The notes: generated by a model not told the origin, from the sequence alone. DNA of 63,623 nucleotides, filler included, from Licmophora abbreviata (GCA_900291995.1; 13 parts of 13 records of this genome joined end to end with filler, not necessarily neighbours in it); one strand, 5' to 3'; positions 46,387 through 59,676 are shown, counted from the whole stretch's first letter. A program made the numbers and translations.

Positions 46387-48523
46387 ATGTCCGACATGAA
46401 TTCCATGCAGGGGAGCTCAGACGGGAAAAATCCAATGCCCACGTCGCAGGGGCTCCCCATTCCGCCAAATATGAATCTCATGGCGGCGCCGGCACCGGGG
46501 TCGCACCCCGTCTTCCCCGGACAAGCTTGGACGAACCCACTGGCGGCTCCAGCCGGATCCGTACCGACGCAACCTCTTCCTTCTCAACAGCAACAACTCT
46601 TTCAGCTGCAGCTTCGACGACAACAACTGCAGATCCAGCAACTGCAGGCACAGCAACAGAATCATGTCCAGCAACATTCACAGAACATGGTCCCGTCGCC
46701 TTCGCAGCGATCTGTCGCCCCAAAGTCCTCGTTCCAGGCTCCAATACCCTCCTTTCCTCCATCGACGAGCTTGCCCACACCAGGCGGCAGTGAACCTCCG
46801 AAAGCGCTGCCCGTGTTGCAGGCGAAGCGTCCAGAACCAACCGCTTTTCCCGCCGATTCGTCCACGTCAACGCCGGCCAAGGCCGCAGCTCGCAAGTCCA
46901 AGGCATCTTCTCCCGACAAGAAGAAGCCGTCTCGTGAGCAAATCGTCAAGTGGATTTCCCAGTGCGATTGGGCCGACAAGGCAATCTACGTCTCCCGACA
47001 GCTCCTAGGTGGGAGCAGTGTCAATGGCTTTGTCAAGGCGACCGCTGCTGCCCAGCGCATCAAGCGACAGCGTGCTCGTCAGACAGCAAAGTCGGAGGGA
47101 GGTACCAAGCCGATGCTTCCACTGACAGACCCACACGCCGAAGAAGAGCGGCTCAAACACGAAACCATGAATGTGCGCACAGCTAAGAAGATCAAGGAAG
47201 AAATGGAGACAGGCGTGCAGTGGTGTGTTGGTATGCATGCGACCATTCGAACCATCCTTCATCAACTCGATCCCCATAGCATGCCGCCACCGCTGTCATG
47301 GAATCGAAATTCGTCCATATCCTTTGTGCCCAGTCATGTACCACCGAGTTCTCGACCTGCTGCTTTGCCACAGCGTACGTCATCAACACCCTCCGTGACC
47401 ACTACTTCGAAGGCGAAGCGCAACAGTTCAGACAACTTGAAGAAAATGGCGGCCCCGCTGCCTTCGCCCACCATGTCCCCTGGAGATCCAAATGGTTCGA
47501 CACTCCGAAAGCAACGAAAACGACGCACTACTGCGGACAAGCAAGAAAACTATGTTCCTCCCGGATTGGTCGAACACGATGCCGTCTCTGGCAAGCGTGT
47601 CTTTACTAAAAAAGAGCATTTGTACCGCATTTTTGAAGTACTTCGCTTTCGCGAATTGCGAAAGGGAGATTATGTCGCCGCACGTGTGTCGTCACGCGAC
47701 TTGTGGATCCTTGCCAAGGTGGTCAAGGAGTTTCCGAACATGCCCATTGATCCGATCGATTTCTTACTTTTGAAGCAACCCAAACGGGATTCTTTGTTTC
47801 GGGAGAAAGTACTAGTGAAAGATGTGGAAGAAAAAGAAGGCAGTGGGCCGACATTGGTGTCGCGACCTCTGGTGTTACCGCTGCCGAGAAGTTATGCCGA
47901 AGCTGCCGACTGGGGATCGCGACTCAAGAAGGGATGTCGTGTGTACGCCATGTATCCCACGACAACGTCGCTGTATCCTGCGACTGTCACGGACAACACA
48001 ACATACTGTCGAGAGGAGGATGATATTATTGTTGTAGAATTCGACGAAGACGAGCGAGGTATGTGCTTCTGACGGTTTTTTTTCTTTTCCGCGCCGTCGA
48101 CGTCCCTTTGCTTAATGACGACTGGACTAACATGCGCATGTTTGTTCGGATAACCCCGTGCGACTATCACTAGATGCCACCGGCGCTCTTCCAAAGTGGC
48201 ATATACCTGCCCGGTTCGTAACCCTCATTCCGAAGGAATTTCCGGCATCGCATACGGATGGCTCTAAGATGAAACGGGAATCTATTGGAAGCACCTCAGC
48301 AAAGTCGGCGGGCGACAAGCGAAGTAATAGCAACGCGTCCAGTGATCCATCCTCGTCGTCGAGACCTTCGCACAAGCGTGTCAAGACGAACGATTCAACA
48401 GATTCAGTTCTAGACGGCATGATGGGCGAACTAGAGGATATTGGCGACTTCGATCTTGGGTTCAATCTTGATTCGGAGGACTTCGCCATGCAGCCAGGCG
48501 GTGACAGTGCGGCTCCTCCATAG
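46387..48523 (+). CDS. SGF29: SGF29-like tandem tudor protein with Gln/Pro-rich N-terminus, intron 48059-48173
   Basis: GDYVAARV...WILAKV, KGCRVYAMYPTTTSLYPATV, VEFDEDE, IPARFV. Confidence 0.85.
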
Positions 48524-49052
48524 TCATGATTCGCATCCAGTCATCTACTTGTACATAAGAATGAACAATAAAGGGAACACAAAGCAATGCATTTGAATAG
48601 GTTAGACAACTTGTGCTGACGGCAGAGCCCGAACGAGGTTTGCGTCGTATCGTATTTGGTCGGTACTGACTTGTAAAGTCATTCTCGTAGCTAGGTCTCT
48701 TCGGCTCTAATCTGAATCTCTCTCTCAAAACCTAATCACAAAATCACCCTGCCTTCCCGTCGCAGTCTTGACATGCTGAACTTAACCTAGTTGCGGGTGG
48801 TCCAAGAATGAATGGGGTTCATAGTTGACTTGTACGGCATAATCCGAGCGATGCGAATGAATTGATCAGCGCCTGTCCGGCGGCGCGAGCCGCTATGTGA
48901 ATGTTCGCGCGTTGTCGCCGCTGTGTTGTGTTAATAGTACGGCGGCGTCACTCTGCATCGACGCCGATGACGGCTCGAGACGATGATGGGACGCAGAGGA
49001 GGCCAAAGCTAAGAAAGAAGGGATAGAACAGAGGCTGCCAAGGGATGCCATC

Positions 49053-51227
49053 ATGTCTGTGATCGTGTGCTTTATCGCCGCGCTCGTATTGCTGCTTGAA
49101 AATGCTGATTCACTTTCTCACGTTTCGAAATCGGCGTCGGCCGCTCGTATCTACGACACCTACGCAATGCACTGGGATAACATTTTGACTGAAGAATATA
49201 GCGAAGCAGTGTCAGAGATGCGAGAGCGAAGAAAACGATGGTCTAGGAACCGACTCGAGCAAGGCGGTCTTTGCATTTTTGATGCTTCAGCGGAACCAGA
49301 ATCGGATCTCTTCGGTGAAAAGGTTGTACGAATCGTCAAGCAAGGCGAAACTCGAATACAGGACCGGTTTTCGCGTGGAGATGTTCTTGTGATTACCCCA
49401 ACCGGCAGACGCAGTGAAAACTCACTCCCAAAAGAGTGCTGCGTGGTGGATGTAGGGAGAGACTGGCTCATGGCAGCGGTTGGACCGTCATGGCCCGCTG
49501 GTCTGTGGGAGGCACGAAGAGTAGGTGACTTTCGAGTGAGAGTCGATCGAGCGGCACCCCAGGCACCGCTCAAAGCACAAAAAGTTGCACTGCAACTAGT
49601 GAGAAATGGCAAGTCTGGAGAGGCAGCGGCGCTCCTGGCGCAGTCCTTTGTCAACCCTGACGAGGCCACAATGAGCAAGGCTCGCGCACCTCCGTCCCGG
49701 TTGCTATCTGTGTATACCTCCCAAGAAGTCATGGCAGAGGCTATAAAGACTGCACTGGATCTAACGGTTGAAGACAATTCTTTCGAACCAAATCAGTCGC
49801 AGCGGGATGCTATTGTCTGGGCGTTGGGTCGGCGAATATCACTTGTACGCGGACCTCCCGGAACAGGAAAGACTCGAGTGGCGGCTCTCCTTGTCGCAAC
49901 CGCTTTGCGACTACGTACCGACGATGCATCAGAACATGGACCGTGTAGAGTGCTAGCAGTAGCACACAGTAACGGCGCGGCTGACGTCCTATTGGAGGGC
50001 CTACTACATATCGGCGTTCCAGCAGTGCGTGCAGGTCGCCCGGCATCTGTTTCTCCCAATGTACGACATCGTACGGTGATTGCATTGGCAGACACCCATC
50101 CAGAAGTCGTTGCGCTGCGTCAGAAAAGACGCAATTCAAGAGCCAAGAGCGATGGAGGATCCTCTGGTGGAGCCGAACTTCGAGGGTGTGTCTCGGAGGT
50201 GTGCCAATCGATACTCAAGACGGCCCCTGTTATTGTGACAAGTTGCATAGGAGCACACGGACTTCTGGACGATGACTCCCATTTCCCGCTTGTGATTGTC
50301 GACGAAGCCGCTCAAACGACAGAGCCTGCTCTGATTTGCGCATTGGCATCAGCAAAGGCGGGCCAGATTGTGTTTATTGGGGACACCCAACAGCTCCCAC
50401 CGACAGTAGCTTCTCAGAATCCTGAACTTCGGGGAACTCTTGGTGTATCGCCTATGGCTCGATTGGAGAAGAATGGGATCGGGCAACAGACGCTTCGTAT
50501 TCAGTATCGCATGCCGCTAGCACTCTTGGAACATCCTTCGCGCTATTTCTACGATAGTCTCGTCCAGTGCGCAGCCACCAGCAGGACGGAATTGCCACCT
50601 GCAGGGTTTCCGTGGCCCGCTGGCTTGCCGCTGGCCTTTGTCCATGCAGGTAGCGATCTTGAGGTCGCACACGAACTTGGGGGGAAATCAAACCCATTCG
50701 AGGCACAGCTAGTCACGTCTATTGTCGAACGCTTGCTGGAGACTGGGGATGTCGAGGCCCAGGGCATTGCTGTCATCAGTCCCTATGCGAAGCAGATTCA
50801 GCGGTTGCGCGTCGACTTGTCAGCACGAAAGGGTTGCCATGAAATCAGAGTCGGAACGGTCGATTCCTTTCAAGGTCAAGAGACGGATATTGTAGTCTTC
50901 AGTGCAGTACGTTCAAATCCTCTAGGGGAGCTGGGATTTCTTCGCGACCCTCGACGTCTTTGTGTTGCCATAACGAGGGCTAGACGCGGTCTTATCCTTG
51001 TTGGCGACACAAACACGCTCCGAACCTCGAAACATTGGTCAGCACTCATCAACTATTACCAGATGCGCGATTGTAAACTTGAAAGCAAGGATCTTCTTGC
51101 CTTTTGGGAGAAACGAACGAGCCAGTCAATACGGGGCGACATGAAATCCATGGTGGCAGGCAGAACCGCCTCAGAGGATGTCGGTCTTGACTTCGAGGAT
51201 GAATTCTATGGACTCTTCAACGACTGA
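49053..51227 (+). CDS. SF1 helicase of the Upf1/DNA2/SMUBP-2 clan with N-terminal signal peptide
   Basis: NQSQ, GPPGTGKT, AHSNGAAD, DEAAQ, GDTQQLPP, LRIQYRM, ISPY, TVDSFQGQE, LGFLRDPRRLCVAITRAR. Confidence 0.9.
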   Translation: MSVIVCFIAALVLLLENADSLSHVSKSASAARIYDTYAMHWDNILTEEYSEAVSEMRERRKRWSRNRLEQGGLCIFDASAEPESDLFGEKVVRIVKQGETRIQDRFSRGDVLVITPTGRRSENSLPKECCVVDVGRDWLMAAVGPSWPAGLWEARRVGDFRVRVDRAAPQAPLKAQKVALQLVRNGKSGEAAALLAQSFVNPDEATMSKARAPPSRLLSVYTSQEVMAEAIKTALDLTVEDNSFEPNQSQRDAIVWALGRRISLVRGPPGTGKTRVAALLVATALRLRTDDASEHGPCRVLAVAHSNGAADVLLEGLLHIGVPAVRAGRPASVSPNVRHRTVIALADTHPEVVALRQKRRNSRAKSDGGSSGGAELRGCVSEVCQSILKTAPVIVTSCIGAHGLLDDDSHFPLVIVDEAAQTTEPALICALASAKAGQIVFIGDTQQLPPTVASQNPELRGTLGVSPMARLEKNGIGQQTLRIQYRMPLALLEHPSRYFYDSLVQCAATSRTELPPAGFPWPAGLPLAFVHAGSDLEVAHELGGKSNPFEAQLVTSIVERLLETGDVEAQGIAVISPYAKQIQRLRVDLSARKGCHEIRVGTVDSFQGQETDIVVFSAVRSNPLGELGFLRDPRRLCVAITRARRGLILVGDTNTLRTSKHWSALINYYQMRDCKLESKDLLAFWEKRTSQSIRGDMKSMVAGRTASEDVGLDFEDEFYGLFND

Positions 51228-51332
51228 ATCTCCCGACTTGGCATATTTCATACGGTGTCGACGATACAAGGGACAGTCGTTTGTTTATCTATAGTAATAC
51301 ATTTCCTTTCGAATACGTAAGTAAAGCGCTTT

Positions 51333-54162
51333 TTAAGAGCGCCGCCATTTTGAAGGACGTCTTTTGCGATATGTCATGTCTCTTGTCGGCAACTTTGTCC
51401 TCGTAGTCCATCTTCTCTGTTCTTTTACGTTGCATCGCCAGTCCGCAGGCAAATCCTTGAGCGTTATTGTTCGGCCGCGAGNNNNNNNNNNNNNNNNNNN
51501 NNNNNNNNNNNNNNNNNNNNNNNNNTTAATTAATTAANNNNNNNNNNNNNNNNNNNNNNNNNNNNNNNNNNNNNNNNNNNNAGTCCGCAGGCAAATCCTT
51601 GAGCGTTATTGTTCGGCCGCGAGAGGGCTTCACGCCCGCAAGCAGCTCCTTGTATAACTTGGCTGGGGCGGCATGTCGAAGATGCAAAAGCACCATCTCG
51701 CCGACTTGTCCATCTTCGCAAGCCTGTTGAAAGACGGGCTCAACGACGATGCGGCGAAGCTCATCGTCGGTCGGCATGAGATTAGCACATGCCTTGAAGA
51801 AGACCCCGTAGGTGACGTGGTTTGGTTTGCCGTATTCCGAGCCTTGTAGCTCTTCCAATGTGAAAATTGCAGTATCCAGCGCCTTTCGTCTCGACTTTGC
51901 GTCCACAACGGCGGGGAAAGCACAGCTGTTGAGCACCGCGGTGTAGGACAAAGTCGTAGGACGCGCATCAATGCTTCCCTCTTGATACAGCTTGTCCATG
52001 CGGCGCAGGATACGTAGTGCCTTTTGGGCCTTGCCTTCATTTTTGCTCTTGGAAATCGCATTGATAACCTGTCAAACGAAATTTAGAATAGTGAAAGGGT
52101 GCGGTCAGAAACCCTTTGAGTTTTCCAACTTGGTTGCAAGCCAATTCCTGCTTACCGTGTTGTAGCTCTTGTCGTCGGGTTTGACATGCTTATTTCCGCT
52201 CTCATACAGCTCCCACATGCGATTCAAATAAGCTTCGGCTTTGTACGCACAGCATCGTGTCCCTGACTTTGCCCAAGCGTTAAGCAGCGAGTTGAAAGTA
52301 ACAATGCTCGGAGATAGTCTCTTCTCACCAGCTTCTACCTTGGCCTGCATCCTATGCAAAAGAGATTCCGCGCGTCGAGCTCCCAGCGTTCCCTCCCCAG
52401 ATCGCGCCCAAGCGTCAACCACAGCATTATATGCGACAATATTCGGTTTGCAGTTCTTGTCTCCAGCCAAGTACCGCATTTCCATGTCGTTTAACAACCG
52501 TTCCGCTCGCTCGGCGGACCCTATCTCGCCCGATCGGGCCCAAGCTGTAATGGTGCTGGAGAAGCTAACCACATCCGGACAAATATGTGAGACGCCAGAG
52601 TTATGAACGTGGTCCATGTATCGAAGCAACTCTTCCGCCCTTTTCGCCGATCCAGGCATGGAGCTTCTGGCCAGAGCTGAGATCACTTGGTTGAATGACA
52701 CAGTGTCAGGTTCGACGCCGTCTCGTTGAACGAGCTTACGAAGGATTTTGCATGCCTTCTCAGCTGCGTTACGCTCCCGACTCCGGGCGTACCCTTCAAT
52801 TACAAGGTTGTAGCTGAACGCGCTCGGGCCAAAGTCAATTTCACCTGCATCGAATCGCTCTTCGAGTCTACATAGAATTTCATCGGCTCTTTGAGCCATC
52901 CCAGGTTCTCGGCCACTCATTGACAGCGCATGCAGGTACGTGTTGTACGAGATTAGATCGGGTGACACGCTCTCCGAGGCTTCCATACGTTCCAACAGGG
53001 CTTCTGTTCGGTTGACGATCGATGGGCTGTTGCTCTTACACCAAGCATTCAAGCAGGTATTGTAAACAACCACATTCGGCGTAACCACTCCATCGTGCTC
53101 GATTCGCGCCAGAATTTTCTCTGCACGTTCCGCCGCGTGTGCCTTCATACCGCTGGTCGCCCACGCGTTGACGACACTGCCATACGTGTATTCATCCGGT
53201 AACGCTTGCATTTCTTCGAGAATGCGCTCAGCGTGTTCGGCAGTCGTACGTCCCTTCTTCGACTTGACGTGCGCGTTGATGACAATATTGTAACAAAGAG
53301 TAGTCGGCTTTACACCAGTCCTGCTCATGTGGCGAAGAACTCTTTCCGCTTGAATTCCGGCGTCCTCGGTCCCGCTGTCGGCGAAAGCGTGAAGTACCGT
53401 CACGTAGTTTCCAAGTGTGGGCCGCGCATTCGAGTTCAGCCCGTTCAGATAGAGTGCACCCATCCAGAAAAGATAATCGCGAGCAGTGAGAGCGCCCTCT
53501 ACTTTGGCGATTGCATTGAGCACAGCTCCAAACGACTGAGAATCAGGCATGCGATCGTTATCCCGTTCCGCCTGGTATGTCTGTTGAAGTACATTCAGAA
53601 TGTCCCGTGCTCGCCTCGCCGCTGCTTTCCCATGTGTCTCCACGGACGATGCCCAAGCATCGACCACGGTGTTGTACAGTGCGGTCGTCGAGGTGGCTTC
53701 CAGGTTTCCAGCTAGTCGCTCGTCAATAATCCGCTTGAGCAGTCGTTCCAGAACGAGGGGCGCCATTGGATTAGTCTTAACTCGCTTGGACCACGCGTTC
53801 ATCATGGACACAAGCTCATGCCATTTTCCTTTCACTAGCGACCCTGGCGTGCGTTGCATAAGATTTTGAGTCGCCAGCTGAAGCCAATCGTGTCCATCAT
53901 TCTCTGCTGTACCATGGCTGGTAGACAGGCCCGGCGACCTTTCCTCTTCGTCAGAATCAAATTCACGATCGAACTCTTCCGTTGTATATCTTGCAGTCGA
54001 TCGAAACGCGTGGGACGTTGATGGCGACGTGTGGTGAACCTGGGATGCGGGGAGTCTCGAAACCGGGCTTGACGTTGTAGAGAAGGCTTCGTGCAGCGGA
54101 ACATTCGCGAAGACTGCCAGAGTACTCGTAAAGAGCGATCGTATCATCGTTTGTCGCCGCAT
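51333..54162 (-). CDS. Pentatricopeptide-repeat protein, probably plastid-targeted; intron about 52071-52155; spans a false gap
   Basis: Many P(D/N)xxSY(N/S)xxIxAW repeats with AERAE.IL linkers; HEA|F presequence; diatom-style C-terminus LPADWRCNV. Confidence 0.92.
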
Positions 54163-54724
54163 TGTAATCTAGTCAACAAGAAAGTGCGAGGGGGGGACGA
54201 ATTGTGAAGACCCAAGAGATGACAGCAGCCTACGAAAAGGAGTAAATTGTGATTTCTCACTCCAACGCAGCGTCAATGCCACCACAGAATACCGCCGAAA
54301 AAGGCATCTGGTGGGGTGAGTGAGATGAGCGACAACGACGACGAGAGCGCTTCCCAGTTTCAAGTTGAGAATGTCAAAATGCGCTCCACAGAACGCGTTT
54401 CCCATCGTCATGTGTCAATATTTCCTATCCCATCATCGTACCTTTTTTGGTCTGAGGGCTAAGATTTTCAATTGACAATTTGGATAATTTCCGGGTTATA
54501 CTATATCTTTGGTTCAACTTCGCGATGTCGGCTAGAGTATATGCAGATTGTGTGCTAGGTTGAGAGAGCAATTGAATGAATACGCGGATTACGAAAGGCG
54601 TAGTCTAATGAGTGCGCTGTGAGGATAATAAGATGTAACAGAACCACCGAAACCATCGACTGTCGCATACGTCATTTCTCCGGTTGTCCCATTGAGCCAT
54701 AAGTTGCATCTGGCTGCCTTCTAG

Positions 54725-55655
54725 CTAGAACATCCCATCATTTCCTACCCGCCATGGAGGCCAGTAAATGAAAACGGCGCGCCCAATTACATTCTTCTCT
54801 GGTAAGAATCCCCAAAGGTGCCCATCCAGGCTCTGATTTCGATTGTCTCCCAGCACAAGCACGTTGTTGGGTGGGACCGTCGTTGGTCCGTAGTCGTATC
54901 TGGCATCTTCAGCAACAAATGGTTCGTCCTGAAGCTTACCATTGACGAATAGCTTTCCACTCTTAACCTGCACCTCATCTCCCTGAACAATACACATTAG
55001 TGTCAGTTCTCCGTCAGGGTTTCGAAAGTAGTGTAACCAACGCATAGATCATTCATTCTTACCTCAACAGCTACAATACGTTTGATTAGCGCCTCTTTTG
55101 CTTTCTGCGTGTTGCCTCCATAGGAATTGACAACAATATCCACAAACGACTGGGGAGGATTGAAAACGACCACTTGGTTTCGGCTGAACGGTCGAATACG
55201 TTTTGTCACCTTCTCTACCGCAAGTTGGTCGCCGACCTCAAATGTCGGGTACATGGAGAGACTTGGAATGTACCTAGGTTCAATCACTAGAAATCGGAGG
55301 ATCAAGGCAATCACGAGACTTGTCGTATAAGTTTTGATGTCGTCTTTGCCTTCTTCTGATCGAACCCAGTTTCGAATGATTCAATAAATCCGATGTCCTC
55401 TCCTCTGTCGCTATTCCTTTCCTCTTCGTCGTCCCACTGGCCCAGACCTCCAGGATTCGGGTCCTCTACACCGCCGTCGTCGTCGCTCCCCTTTGATGCT
55501 CTTCTGACCATTGGTCGTTTTGGTCGTAGAGATGTGAATGAAGTAGTGGATAGTCTAGTCCTTCCAGGCAATGGCAAACTGAAAGCATCTGCGTGCTGAG
55601 GCGACGACCAAAAGTACGTCATCGCGATGACGGAAACTGCAATCAATCGTAACAT
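54725..55655 (-). CDS. lepB: Thylakoidal processing peptidase/signal peptidase I (S26A); frameshift about 55372, intron about 54985-55062
   Basis: EPRYIPSLSMYPT (catalytic Ser), LIKRIVA (catalytic Lys), VLGDNRNQSLDGH, IGRAVFIYWPP; ADA|F presequence. Confidence 0.92.
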
Positions 55656-56326
55656 GGCGGAACTACTCCAAGCTCTATATTTGAAAGAAAGATGGGGGAC
55701 TTTAGAGGGAGACGGGAAAGTAAATGCGGCTTGTCTCTGAAGCAGCCAGTGGTGTGGTATCCAACATCAAGTGCCTATAACGCGACGACGCGAGGAGATC
55801 GCGGATTGATTTTGTTGGCGGTAGACAAACGTCAGATCTTGCGCGCACTTGTTCAATTTTTTCGCGCGAGCACNNNNNNNNNNNNNNNNNNNNNNNNNNN
55901 NNNNNNNNNNNNNNNNNTTAATTAATTAANNNNNNNNNNNNNNNNNNNNNNNNNNNNNNNNNNNNNNNNNNNNCGTCGATACTAATCCTGATGAAACTTC
56001 ATTGCAGTCATCGTCGTCAGTCTGGAAGAGTCTCAAGCAGCATGCACGCCCTCTCGTTTCCTCGCATCGTCTGAATCCCTGAACGAACACGGCAAGTCGC
56101 CCGCGACGGCGAAACAACATCACGACTGCAAGCTTGCGGATGAGTCTGATAGCCCGAAGCAGGATCGCCCAAGAAAGAAATACAACACCCGGTCAACTCG
56201 ACTCGAGCGTTGCAATGTCTCCATTTCCCGTTCGCTGCCCGATGTCAGCAATTGGTGAAGGTCCCATTCGTACCGATAAGCTGGTATTTCGCGTAGTTGT
56301 GCACTGTAGTATTGCCCAAGAGGCAC

Positions 56327-57087
56327 TCATGCGCCAAATCCTGACTTCGTCAAGTGCTTGATGACGAGCGGCATGCACTGTGTCTCTTCCTTTTCTAGAT
56401 GAGTCATGAGATGCTGAGACAAAGACTTGGTGAGTTCGTTGATTGAAGTCGCCATGTCGTGCATAGACTCTTGCGGTACCGCCGTCTCAGACTGCTCGTG
56501 TGTAGAAGAGACGAAGTCCTCGTGCTCGTGCCGAAGCGACTCTCGCAACCTCGAAAGCAATAAGTTCATATTGCGGAACATACGTTCCTCGTCTGCATGA
56601 TCTTCCTCGTATTTCTCCTGTTCGATAACACTCGGCGAGTCGTCGACGGTAGGAGCCGCCTGCAGGTGATTGCCTTGTACATCAGGGATGGCCGCCGCCT
56701 CCTTCACATGCGCAGTAGTAGATTCAGTGTCATGATGATGACTCGGCGACGCATTTCCTGTAGCACCCGTTTTATTTCGTGAGGCAGGCTAAATTTATTC
56801 ATCCTCTGCTACCGAATGCGCTCGAAATACATTCAAGATAATCTTGAACCGACAGTCCCGCAACGCGACGTTTGAGTCCAGCGACTTGCTGGCCCTGTCC
56901 GTGCAAAACCGACTGGCTGAGCACGGTCACGTCGTGCTGCAGAGCCTAAACAGCACAACGCAAACAGTCGTACAAGTAAATTATCTCCACGAGCGCACAG
57001 TCGCCAAACAGATCTTTTCTTCGACGCTGTCGAGACGTGAGCTCCGTCTCGTCGTCGTCGCCAATCTTCTGTGAGACATTCTTCATG
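56327..57087 (-). pseudogene. Decayed, truncated hemerythrin-repeat (BRUTUS/HRZ-like) gene
   Basis: DCALVEIIYLYDCLRCAV*AL; RFKIILNVFRAHSVAEDE*I*PA; EEDHADEE; HLMTHLEKEETQCMPL. In-frame stops at 56946, 56795 and 56789, plus a frameshift at about 56852. Confidence 0.7.
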
Positions 57088-58102
57088 TTGGACTTTCCCA
57101 TTTCAGAAAATAAAATAAATCCACCCTCTCCTATTCTTGCACAAACTCTGTCGGCTCTCAATGTCTAACTTAGTGTTTCCAATGGAGGCCACGAGTTGGT
57201 CGTCGCGACGCAAGGATGGTGCCGTCGTCTAAGGAGTCTCAGGTTGAAAACTCCGCATGGAAATGGCTGAAGCCTCCGCCCGTGTGCTCTGCACGTGTGA
57301 GATGCCGGACAGACCGTCGCGCCATGCTCTGCGACACCGCCTGTGACGTGGCGCATGACGGCGCCGTCTTCTGGTTTGCGACAGTCTTTGGAAGAGATGA
57401 CAATGATGGCTTCATCCCCNNNNNNNNNNNNNNNNNNNNNNNNNNNNNNNNNNNNNNNNNNNNTTAATTAATTAANNNNNNNNNNNNNNNNNNNNNNNNN
57501 NNNNNNNNNNNNNNNNNNNAGACTGATACACTGACCTCTGCTCTGTTCTCACCAGCTGCGTTAACTTCATTACGAGCACTGAGTTCTTCGTCGGAAATAG
57601 AAAGCATATCGAGGGAGTGCGTCTGGCTTTGCAATTCCTCAAGCGTCCTCTTACTCGATTTGATGTACTCAGCCGTAGCTGCGAGCAGCTCGGACTGCCG
57701 CACGAAAGAGAAGTACGAAAGAGAAATCTGAGCCTTGTTGGAAGTGCTGATACGTGAGTGGCAATGGTGACGAAATAACAGAAAAGGCATCAAAGCGCTG
57801 CTGGAATCGATGCTCATGAGAGGTGAATTGGTAGCAGGGTGGCTGTAGAAGTTTTGCTTGACTTAGCGAAGCAAAGAACTGTCGGGCAAGAATAGCGTCG
57901 TCAGAATCGAAATCAAAAGACAGAGTAATCTACGTGGTCGGCCCAACTCACACTTGTGATGCTTTTGCAGAGATCTCTCTTGAGAATGATTTAATAAAAT
58001 AGCTGCTCAAACCTACATGACGAACCAAGCTAGCTACGACTGGACTGACTTGGCTTAAACCTTTATCTATGCGCTGCTGCACTGTCGCTGGTAGCAATGT
58101 AT

Positions 58103-59393
58103 CTAGCGGTGGTTTTCGTTCATCCCCGACGCCGTCCAAAGATAGCTGTTGGTATCATTGAAGCTGGTGTTCGACAAGGACGACAGATACGCTACGTTAG
58201 CAACTTCTACATCCCAGTGGGTCGGGTCTCGCAATCCGGCTAGAACGTTGCAGATTGTCGATAAGCTTTGATCCGATTCTGATCCCACAAACACATTCCA
58301 CCAGGAGCAAGGTAGGGGTATATCAGAGTCACAAGCCGCCATATGGATCGCCGCACATGCCTAGTCGCGAAAGGGAAAGGTTAGAGTCATCGGTCATCGA
58401 GGCGACTATAAGGAAAACACAGCCAGCGCACTCACAATGACTTCAGGCTCAAACCGAACACACAGATCCAGACGACAAGAATCGTTGCAGTACTTCCATG
58501 CATTTTGCGTAAACTGGAGCCATTCGAACAAGTGCGTGAGTAATTGCCATCACCTCAACGAACACTCAAGCCTTCCGCAGAACTCACCTCGTGGTTGTCG
58601 ATTTCCAATACGCGAACGAAGTGCAGTATAAACTTGTGCGGATGCGAGTCTGATATCCAATACACAGTAAACCCAAGTTGTCTGAGGATTGTTTGTTCCA
58701 TTTCCATAAGCGTTTTGCGCCATTCTTCGTAGATGGGTCCCAGTGGTGACATTGGCTGAACGTGCCGAAGAGCCGTCAGCTTTTCCTCCAGTGAAAGCTG
58801 CTTGGCACACGGCAGAGCTGCGACTGACGGGTGTCGTAGATTTCGGCAACGCGCTTGTCATCGTGGCATATTAATCGNNNNNNNNNNNNNNNNNNNNNNN
58901 NNNNNNNNNNNNNNNNNNNNNTTAATTAATTAANNNNNNNNNNNNNNNNNNNNNNNNNNNNNNNNNNNNNNNNNNNNCGTAGAATTTCGGCAACGCGCTT
59001 GTCATCGTGGCATATTAATCGATACCGACGGTACAAGTGAGAGAAAATGACAATTATGTGACGGATCGGTCGAGGTTCTTCCTCAATCTTCCCAGCCAAT
59101 AGAGTAGCGGCGATTGCTGTGCTCCATACGTCATGCTGTTTCAATGATACTCGGTGATAGAATCGGTGAAATACCGTACAGGCAGTCGCGTAAGTAGATG
59201 CACTTTGCTTCAGAAGAGTTGTGGCTGATAATATAAGACGAGTGCCGTGTAAACGATGCAGTCGTTCGATTGACGGGCTCAGTCGCGACGGTGTCAATTC
59301 CAGATCTTTGGCAAACACAGCGACGATCTTGCCCTCTACCAAAGAATGTTTCGTCTGACTTGGATCACCGTCTTCATCCGGCGAATCACTCAT
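58103..59393 (-). CDS. Cyclin L-like transcriptional cyclin; spans a false gap, 2 introns
   Basis: [80 protein letters not shown]. Confidence 0.88.
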
Positions 59394-59676
59394 GCTGAGA
59401 AGAGCGAGTTTGGAAGCAGGTAGACTTGCTACAAAGCAGTGAGGGGCTGTTGTTGTTCGACGTATACCAAGCCGACATGCGAAAATCCGTCATGGTCGCG
59501 GCGTCCGAGGTCCACCACGTTCCTTTCCGGCCTTTGGGTCGAATGAGTCATTATAGTCGAACTGATCGATTCAGACTAGTCGAGTGAGTCAGAGTCGGTC
59601 TCACAATGACAAAATCGAACACAACTCACAACTTTGTACTTCGTATGATATGATACAACTAAACTCACTTCACACC

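Noticed and set aside
48540..49050. Intergenic stretches scanned for tRNA, snoRNA or transposon ends (also 10680-11020, 15650-16320, 54410-54720)
   Set aside because: No convincing cloverleaf, box C/D pair, terminal repeats or transposase/RT motifs seen by eye
56789..56948. TAA/TAG reassignment explaining the stops in the hemerythrin gene
   Set aside because: The stops align to different residue types and come with a frameshift and truncation, consistent with decay
57520..57817. Short minus-strand ORF running into a spacer
   Set aside because: No recognisable motif; may be a gene fragment but is unsupported
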